Shown piece by piece: positions 13,235 through 26,465 of a stretch of 64,000 nucleotides of DNA. The translations under genes were made by a program, and so were the position numbers. This DNA is from Tubulanus polymorphus (lineage: Eukaryota > Animalia > Nemertea). The stretch spans positions 15,549,807 through 15,613,806 of the forward strand of contig NC_134031.1 in NCBI RefSeq assembly GCF_964204645.1, in the 5' to 3' direction. How positions within the stretch are numbered: position 1 is the first letter of the stretch; every line of letters begins with the position of its first letter. The notes beneath the pieces were generated by a model that was not told where the DNA came from, did not search any database, and saw only the letters and a program-made list of their open reading frames with translations.

Positions 13235-13980
13235 CCCTGATATAAAGTGGCTGGGATCGAGGGGCTGCGTGTTTGCGCGGATTACCCTGATATAAAGTGG
13301 CTGGGATCGAGGGGCTGTGTGTTTGCGTGGATTACCCTGATATAATGTGGCTGGGATCGAGGGGCTGCGTGTGTGCGTGGATTACCCTGATATAATGTGG
13401 CTGGGATCGAGGGGCTGCGTGTGTGCGTGGATTACCCTGATATAATGTGGCTGGGATCGAGGGGCTGCGTGTGTGCGTGGATTACCCTGATATAATGTGG
13501 CTGGGATCGAGGGGCTGTGTGTGTGCGTGGATTACCCTGATATAATGTGGCTGGGATCGAGGGCTGTGTGTTTGCGTGGATTACCCTTGAATAAAGTGGC
13601 TGGGATCGAGGGGCTGCGTGTTTGCGTGGATTACCCTTGAATAAGGTGGCTGGGATTGAGGGGCTGTGTTTTTGCGTGGATTACCCCTGATATAAAGTGG
13701 CTGGGATCGAGGGGCTGTGTGTGTGCGTGGATTACCCTGATATAAAGTGGCTGGGATCGAGGGGCTGTGTGTGTGCGCGGATTACCCTGATATAAAGTGG
13801 CTGGGATCGAGGGGTTGTGTGTTTGCGTGGATTACCCTTGAATAAGGTAGCTGGGATCGAGGGGCTGTGTGTTTGCGTGGATTACCCTTGAATAAGGTGG
13901 CTGGGATCGAGGGGCTGGGTGTTTGTGTGGATTACCCTGATATAAAATGGCTGGGATGAAGGACCGTGTGTAGATTACCC
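13235..13980 (+). repeat. 50-bp minisatellite, about 15 copies
   Basis: Unit CCCTGATATAAAGTGGCTGGGATCGAGGGGCTGYGTGTKTGCGTGGATTA. Confidence 0.97.
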
Positions 13981-14049
13981 TTTATAGATACAAACTGCAA
14001 TCGGCATCAAGTGGCCGTGTCGTTGCTTGAAAATTTATCTTCCCTTCAA

Positions 14050-14275
14050 CAATTCTAAATCGTCGGAATTGTCTACGAGTAAAATAGGTCGGCAATTTAA
14101 AATCGTCGGAATTGTCGACGAGTAGGCCTAAAATAGGTCGGCAATTCTAAATCGTCGGAATTGTCGACGAGTAAAATAGGTCGGCAATTCTAAATCGTCG
14201 GAATTGTCGACGAGTAAAATAGGTCGGCAATTCTAAATCGTCGGAATTGTCGACGAGTAAAATAGGTCGGCAATT
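14050..14275 (-). repeat. 43-bp tandem array x5 (right arm, inverted)
   Basis: Reverse complement of the 12823 unit; one unit carries a 6-bp insertion (GGCCTA). Confidence 0.97.
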
Positions 14276-15105
14276 AGAAACCGAACCACTCACTTCATTA
14301 AAGAAAATCCTCCACGATGGAACTATATTGACCTATTCTGGAGTTGAACCGCACCCGACACACGCGCGCATGCAAGAGCGTCTGATGTCCTCGAATAAGC
14401 GAGCTTATGAGGACTATATATGTTCGGCTGCGGTAAGCGAATTTCACCGTTACACATTCAGACGACGATGCAAAGACTTCAAGTCTCCAGAAGATTCCAG
14501 AAAGAAGTTTCCAGTTTCTAGGCGCCATTTTGTGGCGGTCCCTCGAGGTCCCCATTGTTGCGATAATTTGCGCTCATTTTTAAAACATAAGTTTAGATTG
14601 AATATCATATAGTTCTGCAGTCCCTTGCGCGACGAAATCAATTTATACACCATTTTAAAGGAAATGAAATGCAGATATTTGCTGGTGATTCTTGGAATTT
14701 TTGAACGCAACAATTGAGAACAGTGACGATGTGAAACCAAGGACCGCATATCTCAACCGCGCGTAAAAGAAATCGCAATATCTATTAATCTTAAAATATC
14801 TAAGTATCTCTTAAAGCTATATATCCAAAAAATCAAAATCAAATCTGGGTCAATCCCTATTTTTAAGATAAAAAATCACGAATAAAAATCGCACTTCATT
14901 TGAACCTTGAAGATCAATCTTAGTTAATCACAAGATGTAATTTGGCGAATTTCTGATGTGGATTGAAAATAAACTAGATTTTGAGCGAATTTTCCGTGAT
15001 TTCTTTACCAGTAAATCTTATGTCAAAAATAAAGTCTTCTACATTGATAATTCGATGCGTCACAAATCGCAAAAGCATTCTATGCGAGTATTTATCTTAT
15101 TGATA

Positions 15106-15302
15106 CGCACGCCAGCTAGCGGGATCGCTGGTGGCACTGGGTCACCAAGACAGCACATGCAATCTGTGGTATTTTCGTGCTAAAACTGCGGCAAATTGCC
15201 CGAGACGGATCGAACCGGTGATTAGAACGACTCGTCACGAAACTTACCAGTGTCTTAATGAAGACCCCGTGCCGTCAAAGCTATCCCGCTAGATGGCGTG
15301 CG
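15106..15302. mobile_element. MITE flanked by TA
   Basis: 24-bp TIRs CGCACGCCAGCTAGCGGGATCGCT and AGCTATCCCGCTAGATGGCGTGCG (2 mismatches). Confidence 0.75.
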
Positions 15303-17741
15303 TAACATTCGAGCGACTCGCAAAAAATCCAAGGCTAAATTTAGCTTAATTCATCAAAATAGGTCTAGATGAACATAAAACCCTCCGGTAGTATATGTAT
15401 TGTAAATATGTATTGTAAATAACCAGATATAAACATACATCATTCGTATAATATGGATAGATTTTAATTCGATCTGAATAGAAATCTGGCATCGTCACCC
15501 GAATGCACACTAGCGACACCCGGTGGACCCTCGCTTGCCACAGTCGAACGTAGAGTCCTCATTAAGCTAGCTTTATTCTCGACAGGCTGGAGACAACATC
15601 CGCGAGCAATATCCGGCCATCCGGTGACCGTTCGAAGCACTTTGGCGTTTTCGTGACAGCGATCTAATGTCACCATCGTTTTTTTTCCACCGTCGTCGCC
15701 ATCATCATCATCCTTATAAGATAATGGAGTTTCAAGATTTCTGATCTATATAACAACGTTATATCACCAACATATCGATCGGACGGATCAATTCCAGATG
15801 TATATACGTAGCAGACTTTTTCTATTATTTTTGTGTCCGGCAGTTGTTTCCGCGTAGTCTTATTATATTAATCACACGAATGGCGCAGGAAGCCGTACAT
15901 CTGCCTCAGAACGACACCACGATGAAAACACGGATGCGAGTAACGACCCGCGTTGCCGCCGTTGAAACACTGACTTTCATTAGCCGGATATGGAAGTGAC
16001 TTAATCGAAAACGTGGCGATAAAAAGATTTCCAGCCGGGGCCTTGATCCTATAGCTGCTCGTCCATCATTGCAACTCGAGGACGAAAAAAAAAACATCCT
16101 CCGATTATATCTATCCCATTTGCTCATGTTTTTCTATAATTAATTAAATGGCTGTCGGTTTGTATGGTTTATAACGCATTACGGCATTATAGGCGAACAT
16201 CGTCGACGTCAAATTATTGAGTATGGGGCAAATGTTTTATTGCATCTACGATCATTACAAGATGGCACTGATACGGTCTCCAGAGAGTGCGAAACCTCGT
16301 AATTTTAATTCTTGATAAATGATATTCGATTTTTGTTTGTTTGTTAGTTTGGCTTTACGTCGTTCAGATCTTGGTTTCCCAAGACGAACCCTTAATTGGA
16401 TTTTTCATTTAACCTCACGACGGGACGGCCTTTGAAGTGTTTTAATCTTCTAAATTCTGTATAAAGTGGGTTTTAAACTTAATATCTGTTTCCACGTCAC
16501 AGTGTGCGGGCTATTCTACCGAAATAGCTTAACATTTTCATTCGTGGCATTGACCAAGTCTGGGGATGTTTTTACTTAAGAAGAAGTGCTTGTTGACCGT
16601 ACTATTTGGTCAAACCCTCATGACGTCTCTATGAGGGACTAGTAATTGGAAGAACCTACGAAGAAATCCCTCGTGAGTGCTCCAACGACAGCGCTCGTTG
16701 ACCACATTGTCTCAATTCGTGCGTAAAGACCGCGTTACTAATTAGCGTTCTAACACGCGTGGCCTCGAAGTAACCACCTGTCCGTAATGAACGTTTCGAA
16801 ACCGCCGGGATTTGAGGTGCTTAACCAACATCAGGGATCCACATGCGTCCAATGCGAGCTCGCCGAGCACCGAAGGAGTACGTGCTAAAACCAGTAGACC
16901 AATACAACCAGCCTCATGCTGTTAGGCCATGATTTCACAACTTAATCTCGTATTTGCGCAACATCTCTTAAACATCTTCTTATTTTTCATGTTTGGTACA
17001 TAAACAGGAGGCGTGGCTTCCCAGCAGATGGTACGGACCGCGTATTTAACGAAACGTCCGCAAGTTACGCGCGTACCGTAAGCGTTGCGGATGAGCTTAC
17101 GGGCAAACTTATACGAATATTTCGTAGATATCACAACCCGTAATTTTGCACGCAAGTTCACCTGAAACACCGTCCCTGAACACCAGCGTATCAACAGCCA
17201 AAGCTATGCAATATTCAGTTACGTGGCTTAGACAGAACAAAATGTTGTATTCAACTCTATTCAACACGGAGTTAAGCCGTTCATGGCATCGCATTCCATA
17301 GCGCTTATCGATGGTCTTGGTATACGTAGCTGTTTCATCTACGGGATCTTTTGGCCGCAACGTTTTGATCGGCGTCAGAATTGCTGAGCGTTATGTTTCT
17401 ACGGGAGGTGAATAGATCTTTCGACGGAATCGATATCTCTGATATTCGGAATATTGCAGCAATCATTGGCGACAACTGGGTTACATTCAGTAACAAATAT
17501 CGTATTTCTCGCATGTCCTGTTCATATTCTTTTTTGTTTTGTCGTAGACGTTCGTTTTTATTCATATGGCGTAGTGTACTAAAACCACCGGATATACAGA
17601 CTGTATAATGGCACTGCCCGGAACGTTGCGATTACCAGTCATTTTATCAATTTAGTAATAACGTGATGTACCGGAAAGAAATCTAGTCCGACACGTCTCG
17701 CACAGACGCGGCTAACTAGAGCAAACTGTTCAATAAAACAT

Positions 17742-17884
17742 GGGGCGCAGTGGCCGAATGGTCACTGGTCTCGTCAATCCGGGATTTATGGATTCAAACC
17801 CTGGTGGCAACAGAGGTTCTTCTCTGGCCGAGAAAAAAAACATCGAACCCGCGTGGCTCTTAGCGGGTTGAGGCTGAAGAAAAA
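17742..17884 (+). mobile_element. Short tRNA-derived SINE
   Basis: GGGGCGCAG then TGGCCGAATGG (A-box), GATTCAAACC (B-box-like), A-rich end. No full cloverleaf. Confidence 0.6.
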
Positions 17885-19287
17885 TCATTGTAATGTTGAA
17901 TGACGTGAGGGAAAAAAGAAATGAAACATGAACTCTTTTGACCGAAAATAGTTTTTTAGCAAGAAATTTATTTGTACATTTATGGCAAATACATTTCTTG
18001 TTAGTTAAAGAAAAAAACTCTGCAGTCGGGTCGCGTGGCAGACTGCAACCGAATACAGACCTAAGTCACGGTCACATGCGGAGACCATTTAGTCTGTTTC
18101 GAACTGGCTCGGACAAGCACAAGTCTAGGCCCGTACCTAATAGAGAGAGCTCGTTTCCACATTCCTGAAATGAACTTTATTCAAATGCAGCCTTGCTAGA
18201 AAATTTGGCACAATAATGCCTGTGTCAACAAACGTAGGCATGGACCCACTTGGCACCAACGTAAACGGTTGGCCCGAGTCAAAACTATCTGCATTATCAT
18301 ATCAACTATAATGTTCTGTTATCATCGCTGTACCAGTCATTTATGCAAAGCAAATCAAATCAAATAGAAAAAAAACACACTCGTGGAATTGCGACTCTTA
18401 AGACGAAATAATATACATCGTACGCATAGTTTGAATCAGCATAAAACATTTTAGTGAAGATTACGAATTTTGTAGTACTTTGAGTCACCAATATTGTGCG
18501 TGACCAGCGTTGAGCCTGTGATAATTAATTCTATTGTATGATTCGTGCGGGAATGTCAACAGGGACGAGATGAGTCTGTGTCGATGGCAGTGCGACACGG
18601 GTAATTCCCGACCGAGTTCATTTCCAGAGCAGGGCGACGTTCCGAACCCCGTCATCATCGAATATAAGACAAACTCGTAATTAAGCATCGGTTGTGTTGT
18701 GTAGTACACTTCCTTCTATTTGCTAAACGGATAATCACTGCAGCTTCGCTCACGTTTAGATTTGCGTTACACAAATCGTGTCTACCACGTGGCCGACGGC
18801 CAAACGTACGCTTGACGTCATTCTTAAAACCGAACCGGCAAACTGCGCTGTCACTTTTATTTCATCCATCGAACAACAACGCTAACGCATTAAGAGATAA
18901 ATGATTGATTCGACATTTTCAGCAAAAAAAAATATCTATTTCAATTTACTTTGCGTAGCGCGCGGCGGAAACGTTCGTTCTAAAACGATGGATCAAAGGT
19001 TCATTAAAGGGCAAAATTAGCGATTACTCGTCGCGCTGGCAAATCCAGTTTCACTGTCGTGAGTTAGAGTTAGAATAGTTCATTTTCATTGAGTTTGACT
19101 TTGAGTCGAAAATTAACTCCCAACTTTGGAACTGGTGGGTCGAGGGTGTTGAGGAGCATCTTAGTTCGTGCACCGGGTAATAGGCAATAGATCATTAACT
19201 GTCAGCTGAATTTCCCTTAGCCTTCATGACATTCACAAAACGCCCGCATTTCGTAAGATTGAGTCACGCCTGTGCAACTGGTCCCTG

Positions 19288-19566
19288 GGGCCAGTTGCAC
19301 AGTCGTGACTTAAGTCCAAAAGTGGTCTTAAATCTTAAGACTGGTCTTAAGTTGTTAGATTGGTTATAGAACTAAGTTGGTCTTAAACTGGTCTTAAATC
19401 TAAGTCATGACTATGCAACCGGCCCCTGGGGCCAGTTGCACAGTCGTGACTTAAGTCCAAAAGTGGTCTTAAATCTTAAGACTGGTCTTAAGTTGTTAGA
19501 ATAGCTATAGAACTAAGTTGGTCTTAGACTGGTCTTAAGTCTAAGCCATGACTATGCAACCGGCCC
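19288..19566. mobile_element. Tandem dimer of a 138-bp PIF/Harbinger-type MITE
   Basis: CTG[GGGCCAGTTGCA...TGCAACCGGCCC]CTG[same]CTG; copies at 19288-19425 and 19429-19566. Confidence 0.9.
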
Positions 19567-20414
19567 CTGGTCTTTAGTGGCCCCAGATATCATATGACTG
19601 TGCTCCTTGACCAAGCGTCAACCTAAATTCATATGATGTACAATACACGTAACATGAAATTCTGGACACTGCTGTAAGTGATTCCGCCACGAGCGAAGAT
19701 AGAACGAGTCCCCCGCGAATTCTTCACCTCGCCAATATGTGGCGTATCATTATTGATCGTGATTTATGGCGAAGTCTTGCCATGAAAAATAAATATACAC
19801 ATCGAGACGGCGACGACGGCGACGGTGATTTTCATTGCCGACAAGTCGCGGTTCAATTATGATTTATGATCGTTATATAGTCGACGCGAATATACGCGAA
19901 CCGGTTTGTGTGGTCTCGATAAAATGAAAATCATCATTAATTCGTCGTCGGTTCAGTAGCGGCGTTAAAACAAACACAATAGATCCTTTAAAAGCTTCAA
20001 ACGATGCACTAAATTAATCATTTGTAATAAATGAATATAACATCATTAATTAATAGAAATCAGTTCCGCGTATTACCAGATATTCTTTGCGTTAAACGTA
20101 ATCCCGGAAATTAACGTTCGAATCGATACGTACAAACTCTGTAAAGGGGAGGTGGTTGTCTGCACCTATGCCTTCCGATGGGGTACCGGTACACCAGCTA
20201 TCCCGTCAGATGGCACCACCGAGATATCAGACGAACTTGATCAAAATAAGTTCATTATCAAGTAACCTTGATCTCAATAATTGTTCGTCTTCCAATTCGA
20301 AAATAAGGCAAAACAAGCATCTAAATAAAATCGAATTAGTCTTTCGAGTTCCTGCATAGAGTTTTAGAAATTATTGTTAGATTTTATGATTGAGTTTGGG
20401 AAGAAATCCAGCAT

Positions 20415-21140
20415 CGAAATGAAATTTTTTTTTTTTGAAGTGGAATGAAATTTATTTACACTCATCACCTCAACGAGAGGTATACAGAGGGACATCAAGA
20501 AGTTTTACAATCGTTTAACAAAATATTTCTAATCTCCTAGATTTGTTGTTACATCTACTTAATAAGGTTCCAAGTTTAGGCAAGTCAAACGAAATGGGAC
20601 CGTTCCAAACTAGTTGACTATACTCGTCTAAAAAAGAACATTCTGCCAATAGATGATACTCGTCGAAGATACTATGACATTAAGAGCAAGAACGAAGGCA
20701 ATCGGGTAAATCAAAAAGTCTACAGTTAATTGAATCCATATAGAGATTTGATGTTCTGAAAAAACAAATAGGAAGAGCTAAATCGGCTGGCAAGTTTAGA
20801 TACGTTTCCAAACAAAATTCTTTTTTGGCAAGTTTATAAAAGCAACACCTTTTATCATGATGCAGTTCATTCCAAACGTAATTAATGTACGCAGTTTTGA
20901 GGAGACCTTGAACAGTTCTTTTAATAAAACTTTCCGATACATTTAGTTGATTGAACGTGTGTAGGAGGTTGCATTGGGAAATAATATCCTTAACTGTAAA
21001 AACCGCGGTGATTGTAAATACCATTTCTCAGTAAGTTCAGCTAAAATCATATAAAAAATAACATTCCATTTCTTCTTTCTGATTTCGTTTTTCATTTTAG
21101 CCCAATAACATACCATACGACATTGGATAGACACTGGCAC
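20415..21140 (-). mobile_element. 5'-truncated, frameshifted non-LTR retrotransposon ORF2 C-terminus (RTE-X-like)
   Basis: ...RMVCYWAKM...FYKLAKKEFCLETYL...FRTSNL...RSCS*CHSIFDEYHLLAEC (a CxxC..H..C knuckle with an in-frame stop), then AATAAA and an ATTTC/poly-A tail. Confidence 0.8.
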
Positions 21141-22456
21141 CGGGACCTCACGTTTCGACCGCTGCCTTCGCAAATTTGACGTACGTATTTTAACGAAGCA
21201 CTCGTTATAAGCCTATACCTGTCGCTAATGTCTGTGTGCCCTTTATAAGTTTACCCAACGGGACACGCGCAACTTACGGATGCGTCTTGAATAAACGGTC
21301 CCTGTTTCACAGCCCTAAGTAAACTTATCGCGAAAACGCCGATTTCTGCAATTCTGTATATGAAAAATATCTTCTGCTGATGATATTTGACGGCGGTGCT
21401 GCGTGACACGCGAAGTCTACAACGGCACGTTAGATTGCACTAATGCCGGGATAAGTGGAGAGTGTTATCTATAAATCTATCCATAACGCCGGGATGATTG
21501 GTTAATGGTTTTAACGGATAACAAGTTCAAATCTCATCAATCAATCAATCATTCAATGGGTAACAAAACTATACGTATACAGCGGCGGGGCAGAAATAAA
21601 ATCCATAGAAATGCAGATATCATTTGTCGGTATTTATCGCTAGCGCTCTGTGCTGCATTTGTAATCGATCTTCGATCAGTCAGCCAGTGTCAATAAAGAA
21701 AAACCCGATTTAAACAGGCACGATATACAGTGTGTGGCAAATATGAATCCTCGATCGGTGGATGTCCGATCGATACCGTGCAGCGATAAGCCACTAACAA
21801 CAACTGCACCATCGATACCGGCATGAACTCGCCAATCGGTAGCTATAGACAATTTGGCCTGGCCAAAAAACGTGTCAGATTTTTCAGCGCAGGGCCCGGT
21901 TTCACAAAAAAGGTTTAAATCTAAAATCGATTAAAACTCTTAAATCGATTTAGACCCGTTAACACGATTTAGTTAACTCGATTTATAAAAAGAGTTTCAC
22001 TAAAAGCTAAATCCCAAAAATTAACAAAATTGTGTCAGATTATTGCGTGCGATTGCTAACTGCTTCTGGGAGTGACTCACCTCACTTACCACTATCGTTT
22101 TGATAACATATTTTAGTAACAAGTGAGTGATTTACGTGTGAACGAGGCATGAGTCAAGTAAGACTTAAGGCTTGGTTCGGGCCAGTTTGACCTTGGAGTA
22201 ATCTGACTGATTACTCCAAGTTTTGACCAAGGCCAAATCGTCTCAGTAACCAGGCGCCATTTTGAGGAGGTACCACAGGCCCTTCATTGTTGGACAGATT
22301 TTAACATTTTTTGAACTAAAACCTCTAGCGCGGTTAATTGTCATCCCCCTCTTTTGGCACAAAATTTAAATTTATAAATCGTTAGAAAGGTGACAATTTC
22401 TATTCTCTGATGGTGTTTATTTTATGTTTCTCGGCTTCAACAATCGGACACAGTTA

Positions 22457-22825
22457 AGCCCGGCGCACACCTTTGCGATTGATCGTATGATCGCTTCATC
22501 GCATGGTTTTATCGCATCGTCGTAAAGGTATGCGGTGGCATCCGGAGCCGATTTCATCGCTTCATCGCAACAAATCAAACTTGTTTGATATTTTCGCATG
22601 CGATTTTTCCGTGCGATGAAAATCGTAATGGTGTGCGGGCTACGCTGCCGATTTTCCGCACGAAAATTTTTAGTATCACGTGATGTTCAAAATGGCAGCT
22701 CAGTCACGTGATTGAATCCAACTCGAGGCCCTCATAATAAATCGCAAAGGTATGCGGGGATGATGCGATTTTCATCGTGTCATCGCATGCCATGACACGA
22801 TGATCGCAAAGGTGTGCACCCGGCA
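22457..22825. mobile_element. PIF/Harbinger-type MITE
   Basis: TIRs AGCCCGGCGCACACCTTTGCGAT and ATCGCAAAGGTGTGCACCCGGCA, TTA TSD, internal ATCGC repeats. Confidence 0.8.
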
Positions 22826-23386
22826 TTATATAGTTTTAAAAAAATACGTCACTTTTAGGAAGGCCCCTCAAAAAATTGGTAATTTTGTGTCATTGGCTGT
22901 AACTTTTTTTTGGAGATATAATTCAGAATTTTTCACTGAAGATATATTTTTATCTGAGGATTTTGTTGATACTTCATTCGCGCTTGGCCACCGGTTCACA
23001 GTCAAGCGATCGTCTGACCAGCGATTTCCCAGGGTTTATCTCGGGGAGTACATAATGACGCAATATTCACCACTTACTCATACAGTGACTTGATTAGCTA
23101 TCTGGGCCGGCAAATTATATCATCAAGAATTCCGTGCGTATACGGCGGGGAATATTATTCGGACTGCGATGCGTATGCGTACATTATTATAAAGAGGGTG
23201 TAATCGTCGGCAGCAGTTTGAGTGTTCTCGAACGGCGCGCCGCGTGCACCGCATCGCACCAAGCCGTCACGCGCGGTCATCCTGATCCGATGACGGTAAG
23301 TGTGTCTATACGAAACAAATTAACGACGGCATTCCCGGTCGTATGACGTTAGCGGTATATATACGCATATATACGCGCTGCAGGTG

Positions 23387-24115
23387 ATAAAGAGTTAGTT
23401 CTGTAAGATCGCACGCCGCTAAACGATCAGTATATTGTCTTGAACAACAGAAGCCAGATATCCAGGGTCCGTGGTATTGCGGCGTATTGCTACTTAGGGA
23501 TAGCCAGTTTGTTTTCTGATTTTTCCATATCGTAATACAAAATTCCCAAAGATAATCTGTCGATGATATATATTGGCGAGTTCGGTTAAAGTTTAGGTAA
23601 TTCTCAGTGACTATAAACGCCATTTAATCTGACATTAGTTGAGTAGGATTATTCCTATACCAGGTGTGCAACAGCAACAACTCACGATGTAACCTTTGAG
23701 AAAAGAAGTTTGACCAGCTATTTTTTGGAACTCCACTGTTTTAGGATTTTCTCCATTTAATATTCTCGAATTCTCACGAATCAAGTATTGACAAAAAAGA
23801 ACAACGTGGTCAATAGCATAAAGAGTTTGTTCTGTAAGATCGCACGACGCCAAACGATCAGCATATTGTCTTCAACAACAAAAGTCAGATATCAAGGGTC
23901 CATGGTGTACGGCGCTTTTGCTCAACCACAGGCTGGCCACTCTCCCCTTCTCACAAATTCCCTGACTTTTCCATGATTTATCCATGATCAACGACATGAA
24001 ATTCCCAAAGAGAATCTACAGGTGATGAATGGTGAAATTTCTCGGTTTAAGATTCTCTCCAAAAACTTTTTTTAAAAATCACGTATTGATAACTAGAACA
24101 GCGCGGTCAATAGCG
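23387..24115 (+). repeat. Diverged direct duplication, offset about 431 bp
   Basis: ATAAAGAGTT.GTTCTGTAAGATCGCACG..GC.AAACGATCAG... at 23387 and 23818; AATCA.GTATTGA...GGTCAATAGC at about 23779 and about 24077. Confidence 0.8.
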
Positions 24116-26007
24116 GATCTTAATTCCCTGAGTTTTCTAGGTTTTTTCACAACTTGTCGAATACCCTGAGTTTCCAAGCTTTTCAACTCAACGGCCGATT
24201 CTTATCTATGGACTGGGTCCATCTTCGCTGGTAAGATTTCTAAAGCCAAACAAGTTTTTCTCGCAAACGGATACGAGAGAAACCGTAGCAAAGCTGAAAA
24301 GTATACCTTATGGGGGGAGGGGCGAGGGGAATGGGGGTAGAGATAAAGAGAATTAGCCGCCTTTTGTGACCGAGACGAATTTTACAGAAGTCAAAATGCG
24401 CTTCGGCGATGACGCGATATCATATAATCCTCGGCAGCAAAACATCAATGGTTTACGAGGACGAATACCAGAATTTGTAACGTTTTTATCTCGATCATCG
24501 CGATGGCGCCGCTGAAAGGTAGTCGTGAAATGGACAGTCTTAACCAACGGAAAATATACGTCATTTACGAGCACATGACATTCTGAAGGACTCGCACGGA
24601 ATTTATGGGTCATAAAATGCGCGCTCGTTATTGTATATTGTTTTGACGATCGAGCTGGACTGAGATAGCTCCACCGTAAGCGCGCGGTATAAATAATGTC
24701 TTTGTCACCGCTTTGTGATGCGACGATGAACCGGGTGCATATTTCCTCTCGGCCGTATTAACGAGTTTTCAAAGAAACGCGCGGCGCGACGAGAAAGCCG
24801 GATAAAACGGCGAATAATGCGTTAGAAAGATCTTCTCTTATCGCGACGGCTTCCCGCAAGCTGCTCGCGGAACCACCATCGGTTTCCATAAACAATTCCC
24901 GAGTTAGTATCAGTCCTGTCGGTTTTTGGTAAATCTTTTTCTTCCGAGGTTTAGTGCGAAAAAGCCGTGGGGGCATTTCACGAGTTCAAAATGACGCGTC
25001 TGACGCGGAGTAACAAGATAATTTTTCAGTAATAAGTGACGAGTGTCACTAATGTGAGCGCCAATACTGATAATCCCTAGTTTGAAGGTATTTTTTGCTC
25101 TATACGCGGATACGTCTCGAAGGCGTATATATACGCACACTGATCGCATAATAACAACCGACGACATTTTTCATCATCGATATGGCTTAGCCGATCGAGG
25201 ACGTGCGGGGCATGTGACTCATTTTGTCGATCGTCCTCGCTATACGAGACAGAAAGCGAAGAAGCTGGTGCGATGATACATTAAGGCGCGCTGCGAATTT
25301 TAGGACAGATGAGAGATCGTTGCGACGCTCGTCACGAAGGCCGCGCTGATTAAGGTTTTAAGTTACGCGGCGGTAAATCGAGCTAGTGTAGCATCTTTCA
25401 GAGGCTGAATTCGAGGAAATCTGCCGGTAACCATTTCAAATAGACGATCGTAAATTCAGAAACCCGAAGATCAGTGGATCAAAAAAGGTTTTACTGTGAA
25501 ACCTGGCAACGCTAAATTCAAGTCAGGAGTTGAGTCTCTTATAGTCTAAACATGGATGGACTTCTAAAATTCTTCGTTTTATAGAGTGCGAGGACTAAGT
25601 ACATTTTTATATAAGGAACCGCGAGAAGCATGTGGTAGGGTGTGGCGTATAATGTAAGGAGTGATGCTATTATATGGCAGTGTCAAATGCACCTGGAACC
25701 TGAAACAAAGGATACAGCTAATTGTGGTCAAGATAATTACTTTATAAGAATACATAGTTAACTCCCGCCACGGTATCCGCTTGTATATACGATGTAAGAT
25801 ACATCCTTGCTACTTTCCACACTTCACTTAACGAGCGTCGGTTTTAAGAGAAAAACAAGACGGTAAAATGAAATAACAGCTTCTTGCAGCATATTTCCCA
25901 TGGGATTCACCGCGAAAACGTGTTTGTACCATTTACGTAAACACGTTTCAAATAGATCGTTAAAGTTTATTCGTCGCGAACGAAGATAACGAGGTAGCGG
26001 TACCGCT

Positions 26008-26465
26008 TCTGTGGCAAGCGAGGGTTCTGCGAGGATCCAACAGGCTACCCGACCAGATGGCGTGGTACAGTAGGTCGTCCGTTGCCGAAATCAGTTCATT
26101 TTCTATGAACTTTGAACTGAATTTTTAGATTCCCGAATCCATATCACAGCACCCACCAGATATACAATACTTTCATTCTTCTACTCAGATATCGGCATAG
26201 TTTTCTTGAATAATTGATTTATTTAAGAGGAAAGTTCATTCAGAATTGATATGAAGAAGAAATCGAACGCGGAAGACCAACTATCTACTAGCGAACCTGG
26301 TGGATCCTCGCCTGCCATACGTGGAATCCTCGATTGCCACAGTAGCACTGCGGGTACACGATTTGGTTACTGTCATTTCTTCTACATTTCAGTTAAATTC
26401 TACTCAGCTTTCCTCATCAATGAATCCATTTTCAGTGAAACCGTGTACACTGATTGGGCAATTCG
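26008..26465. repeat. Dispersed repeat family (CTGTGGCAAKCGAGGATTCCAC arm)
   Basis: Colinear with 33145-33680; partial arms at 5725-5780 and 39725-39770. Confidence 0.8.

Larger units (their letters stand above)
12747..14350. mobile_element. Non-autonomous foldback-like TIR element with nested tandem arrays
   Basis: 31-bp imperfect TIRs (12747-12777 and 14320-14350, 25/31 identical); flanking direct repeat GCACCCG (12739-12745 and 14351-14357); subterminal inverted 43-bp arrays; central 50-bp array. Confidence 0.85.

Noticed and set aside
12823-14275. CRISPR-like array (hairpin-containing 43-bp repeats)
   Set aside because: Units are directly adjacent with no unique spacers, there are no cas genes, and the context is eukaryotic.
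17742-17810. tRNA gene (also 5880-5930)
   Set aside because: A/B boxes are present but there is no complete cloverleaf and the sequence continues into a SINE body and tail.
20680-21024. 114-aa ORF as a host gene
   Set aside because: Part of a frameshifted, stop-containing LINE ORF2 remnant.
24758-24976. ORF MPPRLFRTKPRKKK... (and 17335-17565 MNKNERLRQ...)
   Set aside because: No convincing donor before the stop and no recognisable homology; cannot be supported.
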